Origin: a candidate division FCPU426 bacterium
GTDB lineage: Bacteria > Oederibacteriota > Muellerivitia > Muellerivitales > Muellerivitaceae
Reading direction: 5' to 3'
DNA: 64,000 nucleotides
Assembly (NCBI GenBank): GCA_963847625.1
Contig: CAWKAR010000025.1
Span: 96,001 to 160,000 of the forward strand
Both the position numbers and the translations under genes were made by a program. Below are positions 18,353-28,741 of the stretch, one piece after another. A model generated the notes under the pieces. The model saw nothing but the letters and a program-made list of their open reading frames with translations, was not told the DNA's origin and made no database searches. The stretch's first letter is position 1. Every line of letters starts with the position of its first letter.

Positions 18353-20592
18353 GGTTTTCGGCCAGGCTCCCCAAAGGTTGCGGTTTGGCTTAGCAACTGC
18401 AGGCCATCCTGGGCTTCCTTTTGCTGGGGGTTCATGGCCAAGGATGCGCGGTAGGCTTGTTCAGAGTCGTTATAATCCCCAATCATGCGGTAACAATCGC
18501 CCATGCGCGCGAAAGCATAGGGGTTTCTGGGGTCTTTTTTAATGGAGTCCTGGTAGCTATTGATCGCAGCCTGCCAATTATTTATGTTGTAATAAGTTTC
18601 ACCCAGCATCAAGTATATTCGCGACAAGGTCTGGGGCTGTCGGTAATTTAACGCGTTGTTGAAACACCAAAGGGCTAAGTCAGGCATTTTGTTCATCAAG
18701 GAGAAATAACCCGTAAAGTCGTAACCGATGCCATAGGAATCCTTCATGACATCGGTGTATTCGTCCCAGTAACCCCTATCCGGGGCGGTCATGTTTCTCA
18801 AACGGTAGGTGGACCACGTCTTGTTCAATCGATCCGTGGAAAAAGCGTAATTCAAATCCTTTGTTTTCACAATCCGCCATAGAAAACCCTCCGGCACGGA
18901 GGGATTCTTTTCCCGCATCCAGGGCGCGGTGTAGATATTCGTGAAATAAAAGGATCTATCTTCGGCATGTTGATCGATGATGTCCTGGACCACCGTTTCG
19001 GGACGAATGTCATCATGTTGGTAAATATCTCGCCTCAAGGCCACCTTTAGGAAAGGCCACCGTTGGAACAGAGGATCCCTGTACCAATCATAGGGAATCA
19101 ACTGCATGGTAAAAGAAGCCACTTCCGTGCGTTTATGCTCTACGAATTGCAGATACCAGAGGGGAAGAATGTCAATGTCGCCATTACAAAGGATAACACC
19201 GGACCGATTGACGGATTTGAGCATATTCACACCCTCGTCATAGGAGCTGATGTAACGGCTTTGGTCGTTGAGGGGATAATTAAGCTCCAAAGGCACCAAG
19301 GCAAAACCAAGGCATAAGGCGGATAAAAAAAGAGGCGTGAGCCGGTAGGGCCATTCCCGGGTGACCCACTCAAAGATCGCCGCAAATCCCGCCGAAGCTA
19401 GGATGGACTCCATTAGGAAAACCGTGGTGAAAAAGTTATCCAGCGTCCATTGATAACCTTCCAACGGCTTACAGTACTTCCAAACAGCCAACAAAATGCA
19501 AAGACCCATAGCCAGGAAGCTAGCCATGCTTGTCCGTTGGCGTTTAAACAGCCATATGACTCCCATAATTAACAATATTGCGACCAGGTAGGTGAAAATG
19601 GCTCCAAACTGGTCCTGGGCATGAAAAAAAAACCGCTTGACGTTACGGATAAATGAATCCAAAGGGTGGGTCACGTCCCCGATGTTTTCATAACCTTTTC
19701 GAAGAAACGTTCCCCAAAGCCGGTCAAAATTATTTGGGTTCCACCAATTAACTATCGGATTTTGGATGGCGCGGAGTGGGAGATATATATAAACAGACAC
19801 AGGCAAAAAGGTGAAGCAAACGGCGCGAATTAAGTTAACGGTGCCCAGGGCAGATAAAATACTGACGGCATTTTCCGTAAAGTCGAACAACCGTAGCCGC
19901 AGGATGGAAGTAATGATTTTTGAAATGGGCACTCGGCGCTGTGCGGCAAGAAAAAGGATAAGATAACCTGGAAAAAGCACAAGCTGGTCATGATAATGGT
20001 TTGCCAAGCTCAGTCCGAAGACAAAGGACATGATAAGAAAGGATTTAATGAACCAACCGTTTTGCCTCATTTTGAACAATAAGAAAATCACGCTAACTGA
20101 GAGAAAGGTACTGAGAGTATAAATACCCCCTTTCGCTCCGCAGGCCTGAAACCATTGTTGATAAGAGAAAGCGAAGATAAAAGCGCCAAACAAAGAGGGG
20201 ATTTCCCAAATCCAGGGGCCCGGTTTATTCCCGTTTATAACCCCATCACCTTGTTCCACGGGACAGAAAATTTCCTTAAACATCATTTTCAGTATCCCGT
20301 AGGTCACAACTACTGATAACGTTCCCGTAATCACGGAAGCGAATGTCACCCGAAGCATCGGCTTTCCCAAGGGGAGAAGACAGTTGACCCTTCCCCAGAG
20401 AGCGTGTAAGGGATACCCGGGAGAATGGCTGATGGTCAACAGGTCGCAAACCATGATGGTTTCACCCGAATCGTTGATATTGAATGTTCCGCAATGGGTG
20501 CGTAAGTAAAAAAAGAAAATTGTAAAAAATAAACCCAAAGGAATGTACATCGTCACGCCCTTCCAAGAATCCTTTAAAACTGCATATCGCAA
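18349..20592 (-). CDS. DUF2723 (TMEM260-like) GT-C membrane glycosyltransferase with C-terminal TPRs
   Basis: DSGE..HSPGYPL, GDIDILPLWYLQ motifs, many TM segments, TPR tail; start uncertain. Confidence 0.82.
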   Translation of the reverse strand: MRYAVLKDSWKGVTMYIPLGLFFTIFFFYLRTHCGTFNINDSGETIMVCDLLTISHSPGYPLHALWGRVNCLLPLGKPMLRVTFASVITGTLSVVVTYGILKMMFKEIFCPVEQGDGVINGNKPGPWIWEIPSLFGAFIFAFSYQQWFQACGAKGGIYTLSTFLSVSVIFLLFKMRQNGWFIKSFLIMSFVFGLSLANHYHDQLVLFPGYLILFLAAQRRVPISKIITSILRLRLFDFTENAVSILSALGTVNLIRAVCFTFLPVSVYIYLPLRAIQNPIVNWWNPNNFDRLWGTFLRKGYENIGDVTHPLDSFIRNVKRFFFHAQDQFGAIFTYLVAILLIMGVIWLFKRQRTSMASFLAMGLCILLAVWKYCKPLEGYQWTLDNFFTTVFLMESILASAGFAAIFEWVTREWPYRLTPLFLSALCLGFALVPLELNYPLNDQSRYISSYDEGVNMLKSVNRSGVILCNGDIDILPLWYLQFVEHKRTEVASFTMQLIPYDWYRDPLFQRWPFLKVALRRDIYQHDDIRPETVVQDIIDQHAEDRSFYFTNIYTAPWMREKNPSVPEGFLWRIVKTKDLNYAFSTDRLNKTWSTYRLRNMTAPDRGYWDEYTDVMKDSYGIGYDFTGYFSLMNKMPDLALWCFNNALNYRQPQTLSRIYLMLGETYYNINNWQAAINSYQDSIKKDPRNPYAFARMGDCYRMIGDYNDSEQAYRASLAMNPQQKEAQDGLQLLSQTATFGEPGRKP

Positions 20593-20686
20593 GCGTTTTT
20601 TTATCTAAATATTTTTCTTTGGTTCAAACATCTTTAATGTTATCAACTTTTATTAAATTCATAATATTATTCGGGGGAAGATTTTA

Positions 20687-21766
20687 TTAAATAAATCCTT
20701 TTTGGGTTAAATACTCCGCCACCAATAGGCCACCTTTGGCCGCGCCCATTTTAGTGTTATGTGAAACCAGCACGTATTTAAACCCATTCGACAAGGCGTT
20801 GTCGGCCCGAACTCTCCCGACTGTTGTCAACATTCCACCTTCCCGGTCCCGGTCAAGCCTCGGCTGGGGCCGGAATGGGTCCTCGGTCACGTCAATCAGG
20901 CGTTGAGGGCATGAAGGGAACTTAAGCGCAATAAAAGCTTTGCCAAAATCACGCATAACCGATTTCACCTCATCTAAAGCAGCCTTTTTTTTAAGAGAAA
21001 CATAAACAGCTTCGGTATGGGCTTCCAACACGGGAACCCGAGTGCAGGTCGCAGAAACCGGGAAAGACGCAGGAGAAATTTTACCACCCTTAAACGTTCC
21101 TAGGATTTTCTGGGTTTCTTTTTCAACTTTTTCTTCCTCTTTGGGAATATAAGGAACGACATTATCAAGGATATCCAAACTAATGACCCCTGGTGACCTT
21201 CCCGCCCCAGAGCAGGCTTGCATGGATGTCATGAGCACCTGAAGGACTTCAAACGCGTCATGAAGAGGCTTTAACGTCATAGCCAATCCTGTTGTGGTAC
21301 AGTTGGGCACGGGCGTGATAAAGCCCTTCCAGTTGCGGTTCTTTTTTTGTATGGGGATAAGCTTGTCATGGTCTAAATTAACGCCCGGGATAAAGATCGG
21401 AACATCGTTCTCATAGCGGAAAGCCGAAGCCGTTGAAACGACCGGTGTGGTTTTTGCGTAACGGGGTTCAAGTTCCTTGGCCGCATCCGATTCCACAGCA
21501 GCGAAAATTAAATCCACTTTGGAAGCGTCGATTTTCGAGGCATCTTCAACTTTAATTCCTGCAAATTCCGGATCGAGGGGTTCCTGGCAGTACCAACGAA
21601 AAGCTCCTGACACGTCGGTAATCGCTTCCTTAAATAGCTTTCCGGCTGAACGTTCTGAAGCGGCCAAAGCCGCCACTTGGAAGAAGGGGTGCCCGGAAAG
21701 AGAAGCTAAAAATTGTTGGCCCGCCACGCCGGTTGCGCCGACGACGGCGACTTTTTTCTTTTTCAT
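20687..21766 (-). CDS. asd: Aspartate-semialdehyde dehydrogenase (archaeal/fungal-like subtype)
   Basis: VGATGVAGQ, PNCTT, SGAG, DNVVPYI..EEEK, CTRVPV, SHNTKMGAAKG. Confidence 0.92.
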   Translation of the reverse strand: MKKKKVAVVGATGVAGQQFLASLSGHPFFQVAALAASERSAGKLFKEAITDVSGAFRWYCQEPLDPEFAGIKVEDASKIDASKVDLIFAAVESDAAKELEPRYAKTTPVVSTASAFRYENDVPIFIPGVNLDHDKLIPIQKKNRNWKGFITPVPNCTTTGLAMTLKPLHDAFEVLQVLMTSMQACSGAGRSPGVISLDILDNVVPYIPKEEEKVEKETQKILGTFKGGKISPASFPVSATCTRVPVLEAHTEAVYVSLKKKAALDEVKSVMRDFGKAFIALKFPSCPQRLIDVTEDPFRPQPRLDRDREGGMLTTVGRVRADNALSNGFKYVLVSHNTKMGAAKGGLLVAEYLTQKGFI

Positions 21767-21812
21767 CTAAAAACCTCGTTGAAATATGTGATATCCGGAA
21801 CTGGGGAAGGAA

Positions 21813-21840
21813 AGAATATCATATTTGCATGTAGTTTCAA
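21813..21840 (-). promoter_or_regulatory. Candidate sigma70 promoter for asd
   Basis: TTGAAA-16 bp-TATTCT with TG extended -10. Confidence 0.4.
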
Positions 21841-22075
21841 TGCCCGAAGGCCTGTTTGTCAGAGAACGTCCTTCTCCCCTTTTCGCAAATGATTTAATAA
21901 TTCAAAAAGGGGCAAAACCGGACAACTGATCAAGGAATAACTTGGTTTTCAGACCATGTCTTTTTGACGGATTTCCCCGAAACGATGGGTCGCTTCTAAA
22001 AAGAATTACACTAGACCGGTCATAGGGTTACTTTCAAAAATTGCGCAAAAACCTGATTTTCTCCACATACGACTA

Positions 22076-22735
22076 TTATGGTATTTTGGTCTTACTGCTT
22101 GCTTCATATCGCTTTTTGCCGACATTCAAATCAATAAAGCAAAGGTAAACGCCTGGAGGCAAAAACCGCCCCTCCTCATCCTTCCCATCCCATGAAAATT
22201 CATGGGGACCGGCGGTCAAGTATTCCAGTTTTTCTTTCTTATTAAACTCATAAATCCGAATGATCCTAAAACCAGAGGTGTAAATTTTCAGGAATACCTT
22301 CTCCACGGGGGTGTTTGCCGCCCAGGAAAATTTCACCAATCCATCACTATCAGGTTTGGGTGAAATTAAGAATTTAAATATACCGGGTGTGGATGTTGCC
22401 GTTGGAGTCGCCGTGGAAGTTCTTGTGGCTGTAACGGTGACAGTGTGCGTAACGGTTGGAGTTGGGGTTGGCGTTACGGATGGGGAGAGGGTACCCGTGG
22501 GAGTATAAGTGAAAGTGATGGTAGGCGTAGGGGTCGATGAAGGAGTCGGCGTTATGGACGGGGAGAGTGTGCCTGTGGGAGTCGGCGAAATAGTGACCGT
22601 AGGCGTGAAAGAAGGTGAAGGGGTTGGCGTGAATGTGGGGGATAAAATCTCAATGGGCGTGGGGGTTAAAACCTGGCCATGGGAAATACCCAAAGTGGCT
22701 ATAAGAAGACTGAGTGTTAAAATTCCATGTTTCAA
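22076..22735 (-). CDS. Small secreted protein: signal peptide, Thr/Pro linker and FlgD-Ig/T9SS-CTD-like domain only
   Basis: TTG start giving MKHGILTLSLLIATLGISHG/Q (start uncertain); C-terminal KIYTSGFRII..WDGKDEEG..LPPGVYL. Confidence 0.75.
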   Translation of the reverse strand: MKHGILTLSLLIATLGISHGQVLTPTPIEILSPTFTPTPSPSFTPTVTISPTPTGTLSPSITPTPSSTPTPTITFTYTPTGTLSPSVTPTPTPTVTHTVTVTATRTSTATPTATSTPGIFKFLISPKPDSDGLVKFSWAANTPVEKVFLKIYTSGFRIIRIYEFNKKEKLEYLTAGPHEFSWDGKDEEGRFLPPGVYLCFIDLNVGKKRYEASSKTKIP

Positions 22736-22835
22736 ATTGGCATTGATAGCTTCCGGAAAACCGCACATTTTATTGATTTTTTTAAATAATCCTCGGAAGA
22801 TCGGGAAATAGGTCAACCAACACCTCATCAACCCA

Positions 22836-23912
22836 TTATTTTATTTCTTTTATGATCAAGTTGCCCATTTCAGCGCAAGAGGATATTTTTTCTCCTTTTT
22901 TCGCCAAATCGGCCGTGCGAAATCCCTGATTCAGGACTTTTTCGACCGCATTTTCAACTGCGGTTGATTCTTTCAAAAGATGAAAACTATATTTTAGCAT
23001 CATCGCGATAGACAAAATCATGGCCAACGGGTTGGCCTTCCCCGTTCCGGCGATATTAGGAGCCGATCCATGGGAAGGTTCGTAGAGCCCCACTTTCCCG
23101 CCCAGGGAAGCTGAGGGAAGCATGCCTAGTGAACCGGTGAGCATGGAGGCTTCGTCTGATAGGATATCCCCGAACAAATTGGTGGTGACTAAAACATCAA
23201 ACTGCTTGGGATTGAGTATCAACTGCATGGCCGCGTTATCCACCAATTGGTGCTCAAAAAAGATGTCAGGGTATTTTTTCGAGGTCTCTTCGGCCGCATC
23301 GTGCCAAAGTCGTGAAGACTCTAAAACATTAAACTTGTCCACACTAGTGACTTTCCTGCGCCGTAATTTTGCTAATTCAAAGGCCAGACTGGCGATTCTT
23401 TCCACTTCGCGGGTATGATATATTTCAGTATTGACCCCGTACCTTTCCTGACCTTCCCCAAAGATGCCCCGGGGTTCCCCAAAGTAAATGCCGGAGATAA
23501 GTTCCCGGACAATCAACATATCTACTCCGTCGATGATTTCCGGCTTCAGTGTGGAGGCTTCCTTTAATGCGGCAAAGAGTTTCACTGGACGCAGGTTGGC
23601 GTAAAGATCAAGACCCTTGCGAAGGCCCAGTATCCCTGCCTCGGGCCGTTTCTTATTTTCCAACTTATCCCACTTGGGTCCGCCCATGGGGGCCTTGATC
23701 ACCGCTTGGCCCGCTTGACAAGCCTTGAGGGTATGATCCGGAAGAGGCGTATCAAATTTGTCGATGGCCGCCCCGCCGGCGTCCTGGTTTTCAAATTCGA
23801 ATTTATGCCCAAAAACTTCACCCACCCGACCCAGCACTTTCATGGATTCCAGGCAGATTTCAGGACCGATCCCGTCTCCGGCTAGAACGACTATATGAAA
23901 GTTCAATGCCAA
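22836..23912 (-). CDS. leuB: 3-isopropylmalate dehydrogenase
   Basis: GDGIGPEI, ANLRP, NLFGDILSD, YEPSHGSAPNIAG. Confidence 0.97.
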   Translation of the reverse strand: MALNFHIVVLAGDGIGPEICLESMKVLGRVGEVFGHKFEFENQDAGGAAIDKFDTPLPDHTLKACQAGQAVIKAPMGGPKWDKLENKKRPEAGILGLRKGLDLYANLRPVKLFAALKEASTLKPEIIDGVDMLIVRELISGIYFGEPRGIFGEGQERYGVNTEIYHTREVERIASLAFELAKLRRRKVTSVDKFNVLESSRLWHDAAEETSKKYPDIFFEHQLVDNAAMQLILNPKQFDVLVTTNLFGDILSDEASMLTGSLGMLPSASLGGKVGLYEPSHGSAPNIAGTGKANPLAMILSIAMMLKYSFHLLKESTAVENAVEKVLNQGFRTADLAKKGEKISSCAEMGNLIIKEIK

Positions 23913-23944
23913 ATCCTTTTTTTCGGGCGAAGGCCGTCTGAGGG

Positions 23945-25522
23945 TTAAATGCCTTTCATGGCCGCAAATGCGGCTTTTGCGCTTTTCTTTTTATGTTTTA
24001 AGAAAAGTTTGTTGACGCCGCTTAGGTAAGCCTTGGCCGAAGCTTCTATGACGTCGGTGGAAACACCCCGGCCGTGGACTTCATCGCCGTCAACAGAAAT
24101 ACTTACCGTTACTTCCCCCTGGGCATCCCTCCCCTGGGTCAGGGCTTTCAAGGCATAATTCTGGAGCTTTCCCTTAAAACCAGTGGCCCGATCAATGGCG
24201 TTGAAAACCGCGTCCACCGGGCCGTCACCTGTGGCCGCCTCCTGCACTTCCTTGTCACCCTTTTTGATCTTCAAGGTGGCCGTGGGCAGGGTAGAAGTTC
24301 CAGCGGACGTGTGCAAATAGGTCAACTGATAAAGCTCGGCGGAGGAGTAAATCTTCTCCTCGATCAAAGCCTCGATGTCTTCGTCATAGATATCTTTTTT
24401 CTTATCGGCTAATTCCTTGAACTTGGAAAAAAGAGTCTCCACGATTTCTTCCGCGAGGTTGTAGCCCAAGCCTTCCAACCGGCTTTTAAAAGCATGACGG
24501 CCCGAATGTTTACCCAAAACCAGACGACTGGAAGGTATACCAATGGATTGGGGCGTCATGATCTCATAGGTTTGGCCATATTTGAGAATGCCGTCCTGAT
24601 GGATGCCGCTTTCATGGGCGAATGCGTTGCTTCCTACGACGGCCTTGTTGGGCTGGATTAAAAATCCAGTTAAGGTCGAAACCAGCCGGCTGGTCTTGTA
24701 AATTTCCTGGGTATTAATATTCGTATAGAAGGGGTACTTGTCCGAACGGGTTTTGAGGATCATGACGATCTCTTCCAGGCTCGCGTTACCCGCCCGCTCG
24801 CCGATGCCGTTGATCGTGCACTCAACCTGCCTCACTCCGTTTTGGATGCCCGCGATGGAATTGGCGACCGCAAGCCCCAGGTCGTTATGGCAGTGGACCG
24901 AAATGATGGCTTTTTCAATGTTGGGAACCTTGTTGCGTAAATAGGCTATGGTTTTGCCGAACTCTTCAGGAATGGAGTAACCCACTGTATCCGGGATATT
25001 GACCGTCCGGGCACCATGCTTAATGGCCATTTCGATCATCTTGCACAGATAATCCAAATCCGAACGGGAAGCGTCCATAGCGGAAAATTCCACATCTTCC
25101 ACGTATCGGCGGGCCAATTTGACCGAGTCAATGGCCGTTTGAAGGATCTCCTCCCGGGACTTGCGGAAGAGATACTTGAGGTGGATGTCGGAAGAGGAAA
25201 TGAAAGTGTGGATGCGGGGCCGTTTGGCGGATTTGACTGCCTTGGCGCTGGCTTCAATGTCTTTCTTGATGGCGCGCGCCAAGCCGGCTACGACCGTTTT
25301 CTTGAGAGTCTTGGCGATTTTTTCAACCGCCTCGAAATCTCCGGGGGAAGCAGCGGGAAAACCCGCCTCAATGATGTCGATACCCAGCTTTTCCAGCTGG
25401 ATCGCGATCTTGATTTTTTCCTCGGTGTTGAGGCTGGCCCCGGGGGCCTGTTCCCCATCCCTAAGGGTGGTGTCAAAAATAAAAATTCTTTCTTGTTTTG
25501 GCGAACCGCGTTTAGGTTTCAT
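23945..25522 (-). CDS. leuA: 2-isopropylmalate synthase
   Basis: [38 protein letters not shown]. Confidence 0.97.
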   Translation of the reverse strand: MKPKRGSPKQERIFIFDTTLRDGEQAPGASLNTEEKIKIAIQLEKLGIDIIEAGFPAASPGDFEAVEKIAKTLKKTVVAGLARAIKKDIEASAKAVKSAKRPRIHTFISSSDIHLKYLFRKSREEILQTAIDSVKLARRYVEDVEFSAMDASRSDLDYLCKMIEMAIKHGARTVNIPDTVGYSIPEEFGKTIAYLRNKVPNIEKAIISVHCHNDLGLAVANSIAGIQNGVRQVECTINGIGERAGNASLEEIVMILKTRSDKYPFYTNINTQEIYKTSRLVSTLTGFLIQPNKAVVGSNAFAHESGIHQDGILKYGQTYEIMTPQSIGIPSSRLVLGKHSGRHAFKSRLEGLGYNLAEEIVETLFSKFKELADKKKDIYDEDIEALIEEKIYSSAELYQLTYLHTSAGTSTLPTATLKIKKGDKEVQEAATGDGPVDAVFNAIDRATGFKGKLQNYALKALTQGRDAQGEVTVSISVDGDEVHGRGVSTDVIEASAKAYLSGVNKLFLKHKKKSAKAAFAAMKGI

Positions 25523-25536
25523 TTATTTCTCCTAAT

Positions 25537-26436
25537 TTATATCCGGTCGATGTTGGACAAATTTTGAGTGTGAATAGATTTTGTTTTCTTTATTTTTTCA
25601 ACGCTCTTTTTTGTAAGTGCTTGGACAATCCCCCACAAGAGATAAATCGTCAAAAATACGAATGCGGTCGGTTCAAATGCGTAAAAAAGCAAGAAAATGA
25701 GCATCACCATCATCATCAGGGTCAACGGTTTTATGGTTTCCCTCCTCAGTTTTTTCAAGCCGGGATATCGGATTGTTGAAACCATAACAAGCGCCACTAC
25801 GACTGTCAGTATTGGGATAAAACGGAGTTCAATACTGCTTAGATTTTCCTCGTACAAGTTCATGACCTTATTCAAGAAAATACCTTTCCCATACCAGCCG
25901 CCCCAACGGGACAGGAGGACATAACTAGTAAGCAATCCCGCAGCCGCGGGACTCGGCAAGCCCATGAAATGAGTCTTTTCCTCAACTTGCGACTGGACGT
26001 TGAAACGGGCCAACCTGATGGCGGCGCAAACCACGTACAAGACCATAATAAAAATTCCCCAGGGTATGTACCTAAGGACGGATAAATATATCAAAAGAGC
26101 CGGGGCCACTCCAAAACTGATCAAGTCGGATAAGCTGTCGAATTCCACCCCGAATTTCGAGGTGGTTCCCGTGACGCGAGCTACGAAACCATCCATAAAG
26201 TCGACAAAGGCGGCGGCGATGATGAGTCGGGCGGGCCAGACAAAGGGTATGATCTTTGTTTCTGCCGCCAAGGACAAGTTTAAGGAATCATCGATGGCAA
26301 AGCGGATGGCCAGGATCCCTAATACCATATTGATGGCCGTAAAAAAATTCGGAAGCAAGTAAATGGACTTCCGCAGCCGCGAGTTGGCCGCCCGGCCCGA
26401 CTCATATTCGCTTGATTTTATTCTCAGTGCGCTCAT
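25537..26436 (-). CDS. pssA: CDP-diacylglycerol--serine O-phosphatidyltransferase
   Basis: LPNFFT, DG..AR..S.FG..FDSLSD.ISFGVAP, RLARFN, FMGLPSP. Confidence 0.95.
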   Translation of the reverse strand: MSALRIKSSEYESGRAANSRLRKSIYLLPNFFTAINMVLGILAIRFAIDDSLNLSLAAETKIIPFVWPARLIIAAAFVDFMDGFVARVTGTTSKFGVEFDSLSDLISFGVAPALLIYLSVLRYIPWGIFIMVLYVVCAAIRLARFNVQSQVEEKTHFMGLPSPAAAGLLTSYVLLSRWGGWYGKGIFLNKVMNLYEENLSSIELRFIPILTVVVALVMVSTIRYPGLKKLRRETIKPLTLMMMVMLIFLLFYAFEPTAFVFLTIYLLWGIVQALTKKSVEKIKKTKSIHTQNLSNIDRI

Positions 26437-27101
26437 TTCAATTCCCCTAACACCGTTAAACCGGCTTGTACCTTGTCTCCCAATTTAACAACGGGCTTAA
26501 AATCCATGGGAAGAAACAGATCCACCCGGGAACCAAGCAGGATTCTCCCGAAACGTTCCCCCCGTTTTAACCGCTTGCCATTCTCGGCATCGGTCTTTAC
26601 TCTCCGGCAAAGGAAACCTGCGATCTGTTTGAGGACAGCTCTCCTTTTTTTTCTTCCCGGGAGTTCCAATACCAAGTGAGCCTGTTCATTTTTTAAATCG
26701 GCCTTATCTTCATAAGCCGCCAGAAATTGACCCGGGTGGTAAACTTTTTTCACCACCCGGCTATCGAAAGGAGCCCGTTGGACGTGGTTGTTCAATGGGT
26801 TCATGAAAATGGCGATGTGGAATGCCCGCTTTTTGAGGTAAAGCCTTTCAAATTCTTCCCCAAAAACCACAATTTTTCCATCTGCCGGGCTTACAACCTC
26901 GTTCGGATCCAACAAGCTGTCAGGTATCCGTTCAAAATCCCTGAAAAAATTCAACATCAGGGCTATCGCCAACAAAATCACAACGCCTGTTAAGATTAGC
27001 CAAAACATCTGGTAATGCTTACCCACACCCACCAAGGCCATGCCAGCCAAAAAGGTCGGCACAACCATGCTCCAAGTTTCTTTAACAAATGGCAGCTTCA
27101 T
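26433..27101 (-). CDS. psd: Phosphatidylserine decarboxylase proenzyme
   Basis: FFRD, SPADG, NHVQRAP, QIAG, LGSRVD. Confidence 0.93.
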   Translation of the reverse strand: MKLPFVKETWSMVVPTFLAGMALVGVGKHYQMFWLILTGVVILLAIALMLNFFRDFERIPDSLLDPNEVVSPADGKIVVFGEEFERLYLKKRAFHIAIFMNPLNNHVQRAPFDSRVVKKVYHPGQFLAAYEDKADLKNEQAHLVLELPGRKKRRAVLKQIAGFLCRRVKTDAENGKRLKRGERFGRILLGSRVDLFLPMDFKPVVKLGDKVQAGLTVLGELK

Positions 27102-28099
27102 TATTTCTCGGCTGGTTTGCTCCAGTTGAACATGCTCCTTACCTGGGCCCCAACTTTCTCTATCAAATGCTGGGAATCGTTCTTTAACAGAGCGTTATAA
27201 ACAGGCCGATTGGCCAGGTTTTCCAGTATGAACTCCCGTGCGAATGAACCGGACTGGATTTCCGCCAGGATTCGCTGCATTTCATGACGTGTACTATCGT
27301 TAATGATACGACGTCCCCGGGTAACATCACCGTATTTCGCCGTGGTTGAAATGGCATCCCTCATGCCACTAATGCCTTTTTCGTATATCAGGTCCACTAT
27401 AAGTTTCACCTCATGGAGACATTCAAAGTAGGCTGATTCGGGCTGATAACCAGCCGCCACGAGAGTCTCAAAACCGGATCGAATCAATTCTGTTAAACCC
27501 CCGCACAAAACCACTTGTTCCCCGAACAAATCGGTTTCAGTTTCTTCCTTGAAAGTTGTCTCCAAAATCCCTGCTCGGGTGGCGCCGATAGCCTTTCCAT
27601 AGGCCAAAGCCAACTTCAGGGCGTTCCCTGTGGCATTTTGAAATACAGCCACCAAGGCCGGAACTCCCTTACCATCTAAATAGGTCCGGCGAACCAAATG
27701 GCCGGGACTTTTTGGCGCAATCATGAATACGTCCACGTCAGAAGGCGGTACGATCTGGCCGAAATGGATGTTGAATCCATGAGAAAACATGAGGGCTTTT
27801 CCCGCTTTCATCGAAGGAAGAATATCGTTTCGGTAAAGGGCTCCCTGGAGGTCGTCTTGAATAAGAATTTGGATGATATCGGCTTTGGCCGCCGCTTCCT
27901 TGGCATTATAGACTGCTATTCCATCAGCTTTGGCCTGTTGTATAGTCTTTTCGAACTTTTCGGCGACAATAACCGAAATGCCGGAATCCTTCAGATTCAA
28001 AGCTTGATTTCGCCCTTGGTTACCGTAACCAATAATCGCGATTGTTTTACCCTTAAGAACGTTTAAATCGGCATCCTGTTCGTAATAAATTTTTGCCAT
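27101..28099 (-). CDS. ilvC: Ketol-acid reductoisomerase
   Basis: [34 protein letters not shown]; start MAKIYY. Confidence 0.97.
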   Translation of the reverse strand: MAKIYYEQDADLNVLKGKTIAIIGYGNQGRNQALNLKDSGISVIVAEKFEKTIQQAKADGIAVYNAKEAAAKADIIQILIQDDLQGALYRNDILPSMKAGKALMFSHGFNIHFGQIVPPSDVDVFMIAPKSPGHLVRRTYLDGKGVPALVAVFQNATGNALKLALAYGKAIGATRAGILETTFKEETETDLFGEQVVLCGGLTELIRSGFETLVAAGYQPESAYFECLHEVKLIVDLIYEKGISGMRDAISTTAKYGDVTRGRRIINDSTRHEMQRILAEIQSGSFAREFILENLANRPVYNALLKNDSQHLIEKVGAQVRSMFNWSKPAEK

Positions 28100-28198
28100 T
28101 TTCACTTCCTCCCTTTTTTGCTGACTAACCACCAATCGCACACCGTAACAAAATTTCAAAGATTTATTTTTCAGGCTACTTAAGATTGAAAACCAATT

Positions 28199-28741
28199 TT
28201 AAAGATTGGACTGTCCGGCTTTTCCGGCCTGCACTTTTACTGTTTTTTCTTCTTCCTCGTGAACTTTCTTTCCCCGGGAAATGGCAACCTCACCGGTACG
28301 AACCATTTCAATAATTCCATAATTTTTCAAAAGTTCGATCATCCCATTGATCTTACTTTCCTTGCCCGTGACCTCGATGATGAAGCTCTTGAGGGCCACG
28401 TCCACGATTTTAGCGTCGAAGCATTGGACGATTTCCATGACCTGGCTTCGCGAGTGGGGCTCTGCCTTGACCTTGATGAGGGTCAAGTCCCGTGCGATGA
28501 AATCGTCGCCAGTCAAGTCCACCACTTTAATAACGTCGACAAGCTTGTTCAACTGCTTTTCCACCTGATCAATGATCTGGTCGTCGCCCTTCGCGACGAT
28601 GGTCATTCGGGAGATGGCAGGGTTGTCGGTGATGCCCACCACCAGGCTGTCGATGTTGTAACCCCGAGCCGAGAAAAGATTTGAAACCCGGGAAAGCACC
28701 CCCGCATGATTATTCACTAAAACCGAAATAGTATGCCTCAT
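28199..28741 (-). CDS. ilvN: Acetolactate synthase small subunit
   Basis: ACT domain GVLSRVSNLFSARGYNIDSL, KQLNKLVDV. Confidence 0.96.
   Translation of the reverse strand: MRHTISVLVNNHAGVLSRVSNLFSARGYNIDSLVVGITDNPAISRMTIVAKGDDQIIDQVEKQLNKLVDVIKVVDLTGDDFIARDLTLIKVKAEPHSRSQVMEIVQCFDAKIVDVALKSFIIEVTGKESKINGMIELLKNYGIIEMVRTGEVAISRGKKVHEEEEKTVKVQAGKAGQSNL

Noticed and set aside
21780..22070. Possible lysine riboswitch upstream of asd
   Set aside because: L-box consensus elements not found; only one CCCCTTTT/AAAAGGGG stem.
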